Positions 1-12,392 of a DNA stretch of 64,000 nucleotides are shown piece by piece; within the stretch, counting starts at the first letter, position 1; each line of letters opens with the position of its first letter. Under the pieces are notes generated by a model, which worked only from the letters and a program-made list of their open reading frames with translations, was not told where the DNA came from and searched no databases. The position numbers were made by a program, and so were the translations under genes. Origin of the DNA: Blasia pusilla (taxonomy: Eukaryota); assembly GCA_050084515.1 (NCBI GenBank), contig CM114271.1:28644001-28708000 (forward strand). Reading direction: 5' to 3'.

Positions 1-624
1 CCCAACAGCCTTCAAAACTATTTGCATGCATTTGATCTGACACTTCTCAAGCAGTTGCCAACTGCAGAGCTTGGCCCAGTCACTTGGCACAGGCACTCAA
101 ACCATTAGGTAATTGTAAGTAGTCTTATTCGTTGTTCCACAATATCATCTTCACATCTTTCAACAGACTTTTAAAATGCCAGAATTTTTCAAGACTCTTC
201 TTCTATACACACAAAAGACCCACTTGTGTTCTCTCATTAAATGAACTATTTGACATCTATGGGGGTACTAGAGCTACTTCGCACTAGAATATGCAGTAGC
301 CACAGTTGTGGTCTATTCATCTTATCACCAGCATATTTGATGATGTCAAGGGGAACAAGTTTTACTGCCCTAAAATTAATTCCAATCGCCAATTCAAACC
401 CGGACAGCAGATCACAGGATCAATAGATATCTTTTGAATCTGTTATGTTTCACAATGGTAGCAATGGCAGTAGCTCATCAGGTCACCACAAGTGGCTAAA
501 GTAGTATTCATATTCTGCACTTCACTGTCATGAGATTAAAAAAAATCCACTAATCCACCTCTTCTGCATTAATCCAAATTTGCAATTATCAGGCACCCTC
601 TTCACAAGCTAAAAGCATTTGTAC

Positions 625-3600
625 CTTGAAAAGATGGTGATGCCACTGCAGTTAAGAGGACTTTGATGACTTGCAACACAACACTGCATCCACTTGGACA
701 AGCTCAAGTCTTAGCACAAACTTCTCCAAATTGAAATCAGCGATACATCAATTTCAGCATCTTTAGCATGTGTGACACAATCTTCCACGGTTTGTGCAGA
801 AGTACAAACCATGGAAGATACTGTCACACAAGTTTCTGCTTTTGTAACATGGTTGGCCTTCTTAGAGCAATCATGATCAGGGGTGTATATGTGTGTACTA
901 AGGAGCAGAAAACTGATACAGTAGCAAACAATACTAATATTTGAGAACACCAATACACAGTTTGAATAGTTCAACCCTCAACTCACACAGCTTATTAATG
1001 TTGAAATTTGTTAATATCAAATTTAGTCATGCCCTAAAAGTAGTTAGTTGAATACTAACTTAGTTGGAAACTAACTTAGTTTGCTGGAGACAACTTAGAG
1101 CTCCTCCATGGTTTTAGGGTAATCTCGAATTAGGGCTAGCCGTCACCACATTTAGGGTATGGATCTGTTCAAGAAGATCTAAGGGTCAGAAATGCTCACC
1201 CTCATGTATATATTGTCTCTACATAGAGTCAGAAGATAATTCTACAGTATGCACAGCTTTTGATGAGGACTCCTGAGGCTCTTGGTGTGTCGTGCAGCAC
1301 TGGCCCTGCTGCAGAGTGATCTGAGAGAAAGAAGAGGAGATTGAGACTAAGTTCTGTGCTTGCTATAGCCTCACTGGAAGGCAGGTCGTTTTGTCTAGAT
1401 CGCTGATGAAGATTGTTTGTGCTCAGTGACGTGAGCCATGTGTGATCTCTGAGCTGGTGACATGTGAGGATTTGTGTTGTGAGTGCACGGTGTGACTGTG
1501 AAGAATCCTTCTTCGTATCTGATAGATAGCAAGGAGAGTCACATGATGGTAGGGCTCTGATTTGGCAATTGAGTTAGAAACTGATTTGCTGATTGTATAC
1601 AAGCTGAAATCATGGATGGTTTAGATGATGCTAGTTCTGACTTTGTACAAGGAGATACTTCTGCTGGTCAATCCTTTCACAATAAGACCACGGGTCCATC
1701 AATCATAGGTCTCAACACTTGTTCCAAAAAGATCATAGAAAGGATCCATTGCCAACATCTTCATACTGACTTGGAGAAGGCTCAACCCTAGTCACCACAA
1801 AATATTACAATGGTAAAGAGGTCACTTCTTGCGAGAAAGGTGATGATGTTACATGTATATACCTGTCAGAGGCGGCACTGTCTGCAGAAGCACAAACCAT
1901 GTTGAATATGTTCGTAACAGTAGCTCCATTCTTACCACTCTCCAGACCGGCCTCACCCTCCAAATGTCCATAGCTAATAAGTTTCTGCAGAAACAGTAAT
2001 TGCCTAGTTCTTACTTATTCCAGAAGGCACAGCAACAAATGATAACAACTTGAGAGGATGAAATCCACCCCTACACCCATCAATTTATTTCAAGGCCAAA
2101 TTTACGTAAGTTGGGTGTTAAGGGCCCAGAAAGAATTTCACCAAGTCTTGAAGTCCATTAATCTATATAATATAACAGGCAGCTTTCACACATGCATGCA
2201 AAATATCAAGGTTCTTAACCTGCAGCAATCACATCTAATCAGGATGCTGATACTGTCCGACTGCTGACATCAAACCCATGAAATGCTCACAGATATGATT
2301 TAGAAAATCTGAACTAATGTCCATGCTGCTTCTCTTCTCCGTCTATTCAAGAGTCCTATCTTAACTAGGAGCATGAAAAATATGCAATATAGGATTTGAG
2401 ATAAACATACGTGGAGACAGTCAAGTGCAGATTCCACAAGCTTGGGTTGGTTAGTCTCAAAGGCTAGTCTCAAGGGCAAAAGCACTAAATCTGCCTCTGA
2501 TCCTTCTAGTGAATGTCCAGCCTCTGCCATGGTTGCAGCAGCTCCTTCCCCTGTACTCTGCCTCCGTAATGATTGAGTAGGCTGTCTCTCAGAAGTATCG
2601 TATTCATTCCCGCCAGACAAAGTAGCATCATCCTGCAACCCATTTTCTTGAGGTGGGCCGCTGTTCATGGCAAACCAGTTAGAGGCAAGAGTTGTTCCAC
2701 AGTGAGGGTAACTCACTGCAATAATTGCAACTTCTACCTTCTTTCTCATTTAAATAGTTGATCCATGCCATAAGATTGAGGAAATTTCTACCTTTTAAAC
2801 CATACATCCCACCTATGCGGTGGATGACTGGAAAATACAACATGGTTAACAGAAAAAGGGAGATAAAGTCATGCCAAAACTTAACTCATGCAGAAGAAAT
2901 GCTACTTGCTGGCTTGCTAATGGAGATGACACAGGGTAAACCAACTTTTAGTTCCTTGTCTGGAATCTCCAGTCTATAAATTCTATTGCACCATGAGTAT
3001 CAAGTGTAAATTAAGCTGCTGGCAATCATAGCACCCATACTTTCAATCTGGGAAAAAAGTATGCCAAATAAGTGTTGTGACCATCATGCCAACAACTTGA
3101 ACAAAAGACTCATTAACTTTTGAACTGATTGCACACTTAACCTTCAATGTGGGGATGAGCAAAACTTGAGTCCTATTTAGCATTGACAATACTCAAGTGG
3201 TATCAATGAGACCTTCACTTTACCAACAGGCTACTGTATACAGATACAGATACAAGTGTGTGAAATCACCCAAGCTTTAAGACTTAGAAGGAAAAACCAA
3301 CCACCACTTGGTGACTACAAGAGACAACTTCATGGTGAGGAAGTTGCACGCTTCTCCACACAAAACCTGGCATCCGAAGTTCTTCAGAGTTATGCAAGGG
3401 TCTAAGTGCACTTACATGCCCTCTGCAGATGGAACTGGCCCAGACTGGACCTCCACTGCTGTGAATGGAGCTTGTACGCCCTGAATAGCTGGAACTTTCT
3501 CACGGTCTGCACAAAAGAATGAGAGAACCACACTTTTCCCGATGTAAGGCTTGTACAAGCTGAAATAACAAAGCTATACTGATTTCCTTGGATCCCAGAT

Positions 3601-4743
3601 CTTTGTTAACGGAAAAAATTCTCACTTCACCTCACACCTGTCTCACTTTTAGGCTTCCCCATAAGCCTTCCCACTTATGGGAAAGGGCTCTGGCAACTTT
3701 GAGGATAGTTGGTGATGCACCTCGACTAACTATTACATGTTTAATAGACACAAAAGAGCTGCAGTTGATTTCTGTAATACTGACCTTCAAACTAGGTTCA
3801 TGAAATAAACTCATTCACTAGCATGGCTCTGACAAGTCGACTCGTCTGGACCTCCTGGCAAGGTCAAACTCGCAAGATGATAAGACTTAAAGAACTTAGT
3901 AGAACTAACTTAGTTAGTTAGCGCTGCACTGACGCTTGAGCAAGAAATCGCCAGTCTTGAGACATGAACCAATTCACTTTTATGAATGGGTGTTTAAGCT
4001 AAAATAGTAGTAACCGGGCATAAGCAGCCAATTTGAGCTAGGACTAATCACTATTGTTGTTGTTTCTATGACTGGAAGCTGTACATCATGGTCCACTTTC
4101 AGCCCAAATCGGCTCAGACATGCCATCCACGGAGACGGCTAAAAATCAGAGATAATGCAAAACTTCCGACAGAGTCTTGGCGATCAACTGAACAAGACAT
4201 CAATAGCACTGTCCCACCAAGCTGCGCTCGGACACGGTTCTGAATTTGGATTACATGGGGCACTACGTTATTAAATCTGATGAAGGAGATCTATCAGCCA
4301 ATCACCAGAGAACTGCAAATTGAAATTCGCTGAACTCCGCCGAAGGAAACTGGATACAACAAGCGACATTATGTACTTATTTCATTCGTTGTACATGGGC
4401 ATTGTACGCTTACTGCGGCGAACAGATGGAGCCTTTAGAAAGGTTCGCAATAGATCTTCAAAACTTCCGGTCTCCAAGCACAGCAAGCAACCTTTCATGC
4501 AATGGCCAGTTCCAAAGAGCTCGAATGGATATCTTACTGGCTTCAAGTGCAGATCACCCAAACGTAGTAAAAGATATCTTGAAGACCAGATCCAGAGGCA
4601 CTTAACCCTTACCAAACAAATTCCCAGTACTGACCTAGATACGCTTTGAGCGCCTGTTGCAAATTCTGGTACTTCTTTCCAGGGGCATCTTTGAGCATAC
4701 GCTCGAAGGAGCGTGTGACGAAACCCCCACCCGCTTCCGCCAT
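625..4743 (-). CDS. BIG5: Brefeldin A-inhibited ARF guanine-nucleotide exchange factor, BIG5/MIN7-like; first five coding exons (4743-4635, 3506-3416, 2660-2411, 1984-1863, 683-625); gene continues beyond window start
   Basis: Spliced translation [36 protein letters not shown]...[57 protein letters not shown]...NMVC...|[16 protein letters not shown] matches the DCB N-terminus of plant BIG5. All introns are GT-AG with consistent phases. Confidence 0.9.
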
Positions 4744-5653
4744 TCTGATTTCAAAAACTCATGTGCCGATGGAACTGCTGCATTTCAGCTCCGTTGGACC
4801 ACTTGTAGCTGCCACCTCCACATTGGAGACTTACATTAGTCCTCACAATCACAGATCTCGCACTACACCTCATACCAATAATGGAATCGGAGACACTCAC
4901 CACAGAGGCTAGTTGGAATCGCAATTACTTCACACCCGACCAGATCAAGGAAACTTGGCAGTCGCACTGTACCTTTTGGACATCAGCACAAGATCAAGAT
5001 TGCAAGGAATCTCTAACAAATCTTAAACAACGATTCTAAATCCATAGCCTTGCAGGCTCTCTCCACCTTCATTCCTTTCTTTCACAAGCAGTGAAACCGG
5101 AATTCCCTGTCTAGCAATGCTCGCAGTTTCTCCAACTGCAATCACAACGCGTCGATCTCCTCACCGGCTCCGAGTTCAAGCACTTCTCTCAGCTCCAAAG
5201 GAGCGATGCAGAGCCTCCAGGGTTGCTCCTGATCTCTAACCCTGCTGATCTATTCCACTCTGAACAAAAATTACACGCCAATCGAAGGATCAATAGCGTG
5301 ACGGAAGACCACCTCCAGCTCATCAAACAAGAGACTGCAATTTCGGGCAGCTTCCGCTAATCCTTCGCCAAAGACACAAATATGTGTACCGGGCTCTCCT
5401 CTCGTCTGATCTGCCCTCTGCGGTGTCTCCAGTGGTGCTCCTAACTTCGTTTGGCTGTCTAGGTCTTTCTTTCCTCGTAACAGTGATCGTGGATGCACGT
5501 AGACCATCTCCACCGGGCAACCCCTCGTATGTTCTTTAGCTTGGGTCCCATCCCACCCACCGTCCTCACGCCCCAGCTCTCAAACTAAAATGGACAGAAA
5601 CATCAGTTTTGGAACAATGTAAACTTGCCGGCCGGCAGTGACCCATGGTTTCT

Positions 5654-5749
5654 CTTGGATTGGCTTGAACAAAGGCGGGAGAGGAAGTGTCCCATGGTCA
5701 CTTGGATTGGCTTGAACAAAGGCGGGAGAGGAAGTGTCCCATGGTCACT
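5654..5749. repeat. 47-bp exact tandem duplication in the probable BIG5 promoter region
   Basis: cttggattggcttgaacaaaggcgggagaggaagtgtcccatggtca occurs at 5654-5700 and 5701-5747 and contains CCAAT on the minus strand. Confidence 0.9.
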
Positions 5750-7139
5750 GATATCCCATCTGCTAATCGCATGACGCTTTTCGGTCTATTTTGGACATCA
5801 AATCGATTTTTTTTCATGTCTAAATACCTTCTTCATTCTAATGATTAATTCATTCTCTTAATTCTAGGAACAATTGACATGTGAGGATATGAAAGTAGAT
5901 ATGTAAATTCCAAATTATTTTAGGTTTTGATTTTGATATTTATTCATGGACATAACAAAAGCTCCATTAATAGGGAATTGAAGCCTACGTACATCAAAAG
6001 GCAAATCTTAGTCGGATGCGATCAATGTTAGAATAAAAACCCTATCTCCCATGTTTTTCCCTATGATGATTTATGCATCTATCAAATATTGCATGAAATC
6101 ACAAATCATCAATCTAGTTGCAAATTGGTTAGTTCATATGCCAAAGGTAAGAAAGGAAATGTCCATCCATGGTTAGTAACATGATATTGACAAGCTCCAA
6201 ATTTGCACTCTATCAACATATGAGCAAATACATTAATCTCAAGGAGATGGGACGAAGCTGTTCTAAAATTATTTGCATGGACATATAATCTTATTTAATG
6301 ATGTGTAAAATGAAAAAACTATGGAAAATATTTACCTATGTCACCACACAAGCCATGCATTAAATACTACTCTTACTAGTCCTTCTTTTGGATACAAAGT
6401 TTGTGTCTATTCTTCCTTCCCACCTTTCAAGAGCCAGTAATTTCAATTTGTTGTGAACTACTTTTTCTCCCTCTGTTCATTCAATTGTAGTCTTATAATT
6501 TAAGGATACTTACCCAAAAACAAAAATCTATATTGGGATGGAGGTGCTTCTACCCAAAAAGCTTCAAGCCTTTTAACTGGAAAAAATGAGAGCCAAATTC
6601 CTTCGCATAATGTTATGGTTGCTCATGTATGTTAAACTTTTGTTGTTGATAAAATAACACTTATTTTCCTTTTTAGCTCACATTACTACAATCTTTCCAA
6701 ATCCAATAGCATATTTGGAAATGGACCTTATGTGTGGGACGTATAGATATCGCTACACAATATCCGTTGATGTCATCATCCATAAACTTATAAAAAGGGA
6801 CATCCCATTTAATCATGAAATCCAAACATAAAGATGATCATGCTCGTTCGGCCCTCTTGTTAACCATCTTCTTGTCATCATATCACTCGAACAACTCTAG
6901 ATCTCTAATATATCTCGTATGTACATTTGGGATATATCAATTATCCTCAAAAAACTCAATCGAGAGGTGGAGTCGTCTAAAGTGAGAGGTGTCTCGTTGG
7001 GTTATGAACAATGTAAGCAGGACCATAGTTCCACCGCCTCATGCCAAGAGGTATGAGCCAAAATAAAGGGCAAACATGCTCTCTCAGATTACCCTCAGAC
7101 TCAATAAGTCATTCACCTCTTATCTCCTCGAAAGCACCC

Positions 7140-7775
7140 TACGGATGCTCGTTGATCCCACCTTAAGAACTTAATAGTTGTCGTGCATACATACATCACT
7201 ATCAAAGAGTTGAAGGCAACTCAAGATGTCTTGAAGAATGTGATGAGAGATAGTTCTATTGTGATGATGGATCTTTCCGAATCTATTGTGGATATTCAAG
7301 AGAAGGCATCATTAGTAGCAACAACTTCCAATAGTTCCGGATTGCATGAGGTTGTTGAAACTTTGGAAGTGAGAATTAAATCTTACGTAGAAGTTACAAA
7401 GGTTGCCCATATCTCTTTCTTCCAAGAGCTAAAGATAGAAAAGTAAAAACAACCAATTTGCATGTAGGAAGAACGTGAGAATCTCCGGATCACCAAGAAT
7501 AGAAAATAAATAGGTAAATAATGTTGCCCCAAGTTCTTGGTTGATACACTTCACTTCATAATCCGAACTTGGCTCAAGCTTTTCGCATTGGGAAAAATGG
7601 TATACAACCTCACAATATTCTTGTTAAGTTTGTTGATCAAACTCAACACGATACCACTATGGCTAACAAGGCCATTCTAAAAAGAAGAAGGATATGGTTG
7701 GATCGCGATCTTACACCTCTACAGTTGATGTAGGGCGGAAGGAGCTTGCCAAGGTCAAAGAGGCTTAAGAAGCAT
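7140..7775 (+). mobile_element. LINE ORF1 fragment (coiled coil plus RRM-like region), decayed
   Basis: LAQAFRIGKNG...ILVKFVDQTQHD...IWLDRDLTPLQ; homologous to the minus-strand copy at 55904-56520, which sits next to endonuclease/RT sequence. Confidence 0.75.
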
Positions 7776-9153
7776 CTGGATCCCTCGCCTCCTTGGCCCA
7801 TGAACTGCCATCTCTAAATGAATGGAAATCTGGAGTTGGCCTTGATTCTTGCGATGGAATCCATTTCGGTCGTCTTTCCATCCAAAACTCGTATCTGACG
7901 CAGCAAATTCCGGAAGCATTCAGGATCAGCGAGAAATGCGAGATTTTCCCAGAGTTGTTTCTCCTCAACCGCCGTGATCTCGCCCTGTCCAGGGATTCCA
8001 AGCAATTGTTCACAAATTTGTGATGCCGTTGTGAGCTTGATCACTCCGGGCTTTGAACCCGGAGAGTTTCTGTAGACCTCGGCTACTTTCTTCGCCACAT
8101 CCTCCTTGATGTGTCTTTGAATTGCATCGTCACAGGATGAGTGTGGGAGCCAACATAGACAACCATCCTTGTATACTCTGACGTGGAGCCCAAGTCGTGG
8201 ACAATGAAAAATATGTATGCAGGACACGCTCCAACGCAGAAGGGCGATGCCTGACAATGAGGACATCGATGGCCTCCCGGCGGTATGGTGGCACCGACCT
8301 CGTATGGATTTTTTGCATTCTTGGGAGGGAATTACGACGTATTGACTCGCCCGTTGCGCTCTAGATACGGGCATGCTGGACTTCTACACTCCAAGGCTCC
8401 CACGCATTGGTGGCGGGAGACAATCCAAGGACCATCTCGAATTGAAGCACTGGTCCGTTGAAGAGTGCACCATTGATGACAATCGACTTTCGTCCCATAC
8501 CCTTCAGCGCCCTCCATCCTTATTTTGAGCAGGAGCAAAGCAAGTGGAGGCAACTCAAAAATGCAATTACCATAAATGCGTGGGCGGCTAAATGTCGACA
8601 AGAATGTGCTTGAACATTTTCAAGGCCAGAGACGAAAGCAAACTATTGCCTGATACTCGCAAGAGGAACGAGTAGGGGGACAGAGGGCCCGATTGGTGTC
8701 CGACAGATCCACTGAGGTTGATAACATCCGGAGTCTCTTCAGGAAAAACAACATTGTTACGAGCGTGCAAAGTTGGAGTCAAAGCCGGATCTGCAGAGCT
8801 TGGAGTTGCAAACGTAGAGCTTGGAGCACTAGGAAATTCTAGACGTCTACTTGTAAAACAGACGAATTCACGGGCAGGCCGTAAACTCTGTATTGACCAT
8901 TTGGTAGAGGTAGGAGATTCCATGCTTTACGGTCTGAGGTCACTGGCTGGACCGTCTGACCTATTATGTCTTCCGTACCGTCCACCCTAATATCTTTGGA
9001 TACAAAGATGGTTCCAATTTGAAGAAGAAATCGAACAGACAGAAAATTTTCATCCATTGCTATGAAAGACTCACGAGCTTGGGGTCGAATGATTTCCGAT
9101 TGAGGAAGGGCCGCCAGATGACTGCCACAAGTGAGCTTAACATAATTATCCAT
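7775..9153 (-). pseudogene. N-terminal half of a probable MULE-type transposase with a Cys/His-rich (GCM/CxC-like) domain; frameshifted, cut off by a LINE at about 7775
   Basis: Joined frames give GNCIFELPP...DCHQWCTLQRTSAS...CVGALECRSPACPYLERNGRVN...C..C...H...KVAEVYRNSPGSKP...SRFPFIQRWQFMGQG. The DDE core is not present in the window. Confidence 0.5.
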
Positions 9154-9415
9154 TCCAAGAAGATTCCAACGGGAGGAGATTGAGAATGAGAATATTTAAT
9201 TTCTAGTGAATAGGAAACAGATACTCCTGACAAATTTTTACTGACAAGATGAATTCGGTGGGTGACATTGTCTGACACAATGGATCCAATTCTGAAACAC
9301 ATTCAATTTTGTTGCAATATGTTACCGGATTTGGGAAGCAGAGGGTTGTGCATCACACTTGGAACCTGTCAGGAGTCCTGGCAACTCAAAAATTCCCCGA
9401 AGCTAACCGAAGCCT

Positions 9416-10078
9416 GCAACCCGTCAGCATCGGACGGGTTGCACGCTTATGCTAAACATTGTCGAAGCGAGCAACCCGTCCCTCTCCGACGAGTTGCTCG
9501 GATACCGCTCCTTCTTGCCCAAAGATGCCGGAGGCGTGCAAACCGTCTGTTCCCGACGAGTTCCGCGGGTGCCTCGCCTTTTAGCCCAAAGACGGCGAGG
9601 CGTGCAACCCGTCGCCCTCCAACGGGTTGCGCAAGGGCCTCGCCTTGTGGTGCAGCCAGCCAGACTCCGACGACTTGCACGGGAAGCCCTCGTCCTTAAC
9701 CCTTGATGAGGGAAGCGTGCAACCCAAAGGTCTCCGACGGATTGCCCAAGATTCGTCCCGTTCCCATCCCAAACACGGCGGAGGCGCGCAACATGTCGGT
9801 CTCCAACGGGTTGCGCGGGTACCTCGCGTTCTTTTCCGAAGACGACAGAGGCGCTCAACCCGTCGAAGACCGACGGGTTGCTCGCGCACGTGGCGACGTA
9901 CCCAGGATGGTGGAGGCGCGCAACATGTCGGTCTCCGACGGGTTGCGCGGGTACCTCGCGTTCTTTTCCGAAGACGACGAAGGCGCACAACCCGTCGGTC
10001 TCCGACGGGTTGCTCGCGCACGTGGCGACGTACCCAGGATGGCGGAGCCGCGCAACCTGTCGGGCTCCGACGGGTTGC
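9416..10078. repeat. Array of about 10 copies of the palindrome GCAACCCGTCGGnnnCCGACGGGTTGC at roughly 65-bp period, between the two divergent genes
   Basis: Copies visible near 9416, 9471, 9538, 9604, 9719, 9788, 9856, 9920, 9987 and 10052; includes a roughly 131-bp two-unit tandem duplication. Confidence 0.92.
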
Positions 10079-11671
10079 CATTTTTCACGTCCGGACTTCC
10101 GTAACATCCAGCACGTCGCCATCGAAAGGACGACGGGACCCAACGGTCAGCCCAACGGCTAGAACGTATAAACAGGGCAGAAATCGCTCATTTTCGGTTT
10201 CTCATTTTGCGATCTTCATTCCTCACTCTCCCGCGCAGCAGTTGATCAGATACGATGGGGCATTTCACACGGCCACACATCGCCAGTCGATAGGAGGGAA
10301 CGAGAGCGAGACCGTTTGACGCAACGACAACGAGACGGTTCGACCGAGCGATCGTGGGACGATTCGAGCTACCCATCAAGGCGATTCGAGCTCCCATCTC
10401 GACATCAGCAAGGCGACTGATCAAGGGATTTGTCGTGGACATAGGTGGAGGCATTTCCGGAAAAAATGACAAGGAAAAAATCACAAGCCAACAAGTTTAG
10501 GAGCTTCACTCCGAAGTCCATTAGGACTCCTGCGTCAGCTTCTCCTGGGCCTCGTTCGGCGAATGAAATTAGGTAGCAGGAAATCGAGGAGCGGGAAAGG
10601 GAAGCGGAGCTGCATAACCAAGTGCTTCTTGCGAGACGTGTTCAAGAGGCGCTAGATAAACAGAACGCACAGGCTGAGACGTCGCAGGCCTTGAAGAAAA
10701 GGATCGCCGGATTTAAAAGAGAGAAAGAAGCGCTGGGACGATCGGTGAGGAGGGCAGCATTGGCTAAAGCGAGGAGGGAAAAAGCGATAGCCATTGACGA
10801 TAGCCAAGCCCGTCCAACCGCAAGTGTTGAGATGCGGGAAATGTCCCCCACAAAGTCCGGGGACACAATCAACATAGTGGAAACGCCAGAAGTTGAAATC
10901 GATGACGACGAGGTATGAGGACCGCCTACGAGGAGATGGTGGACATGGCCGAAGAAGCCGGAGAGCGGTCATTCTCGACTCCAAGCCCGGCGGAGGACAT
11001 CGACCTCTATCGGATCGACGAGTTCGCAGTCGATTTGCCAGCTTCTGTCTAAGACAAGTTAGCTGGTCAAGAAACCGACCCCATTTTCGAGCGGGTAAGA
11101 GAGGTTCTGGGTTTTTTGAATTATGTGAATTGCAATTCATTGGGATTTCAGTGTAGCTTATTCCTCTTGTCCCGGTTCTGACAGGTGGTAAAGCAGATGG
11201 CACTCATGGAGGGCCACAACGCCCGAGGATTCCATCATGCGGATTGCGGACAATGGAATACGTCCGCAAATTTCATCCGCGAGGACATCGTGAAGCTAAA
11301 ACAATCGGCGGCGGCAAAGATCTCACGCCGACAACTTTCCTCCCTTCTATGTTTAGCCTTACGACGAGCATGGAACCCAAGCTGGTTACTGAGGAGGACT
11401 TGGAAAAGCTCGACACATTCTCGGAGGATGCGAGACCAGGACTTGAAGGCAAGTTGAGGGCACGGAATTCAGTTGGATGAGGAATGCATTTCTTCATCCG
11501 GGATGGAAATCACGAGTTCATGGCGTGGACCAAGTTTGCGGAGGAGCGGCCCAACTCATTGGAGGCACATTTCTGCGTGAAGGCAGTGGTCCTTCACCCA
11601 TACCCTCATCACATGGCGACGGTGGAGATGGCAATGCATGCCATGAACACGTGAGTATCTTTAACACTTTT

Positions 11672-12392
11672 GCAACTCGTCGGACTCCGACGAGTTGCTC
11701 GATTGATGAATGGGTTAGGTTTGTTTTTGCCGAAAGCAACTCGTCTGACTCCAACGGGTTGCTCGACTGCACGCTTTTTCGGATGTTTTTTTAAGATTGC
11801 AACTCGTCAGACTCCGACGAGTTGCTCGATTGATGAATGGGTTAGGTTTGTTTTTGCCGAAAGCAACTCGTCGGACTCCGACGGGTTGCTCGACTGCACG
11901 CTTTTTCGGATGTTTTTTTAAGATTGCAACTCGTCGGACTCCGACGACTTGTTTGATTGAACATAGATTTAACTAGTTTTTGGCCCAAAGCAAACCGTCG
12001 GAGTCCGACGGGTTGCTCGACACGCCGCCTTGTCAGGATGTTTTTTGAAGCTGTTTTTCCCCAAATCAACCCGTCGGAGTCCGACGGGTTGATTTCGCCC
12101 AAAAATAGTTTCGAGGCAAGCAACCCGTCGGACTTCGACGGGTTGCTTTGGGGAAAAAACCTTCTAAACCTGCAGTCACTCGAGCAACTCGTTGGAGTCC
12201 GACGAGTTGCATTCTTCAAAAAACATCCTCACAAGGCGGCCTATCGAGCAACCCGTTGGACTCCGACGGTTTGCTTACCAGGCATTAGCAAATCTAAATG
12301 CAATCCGTCGGACTCCAACGGGTTGCATCATTTAGCTCGTTGCTAGAATTCAACCTTGAGCTGTGACGACTCGTCGGAGTCCGACGGGTTGC
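11672..12392. repeat. Intronic array of about 12 palindrome copies (about 55-75 bp period)
   Basis: For example caacccgtcggagtccgacgggttg at about 12067 and gcaacccgtcggacttcgacgggttgc at about 12120. Lies inside intron 11651-12436 and includes a roughly 127-bp tandem duplication. Confidence 0.92.

Noticed and set aside
999-1718. Possible solo LTR (TGTTGA...TCAACA) in a BIG5 intron
   Set aside because: No clean target-site duplication and no second copy in the window; unsupported.
9262-10319. Long overlapping ORFs (for example 9424-10143 and 9627-10319)
   Set aside because: By-products of GC-rich palindromic repeats; repetitive translations in several frames.
9416-12392. CRISPR array call for the palindrome repeats
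   Set aside because: Eukaryotic intron/intergenic context, no cas genes, degenerate repeats, and several spacers are tandem duplicates.
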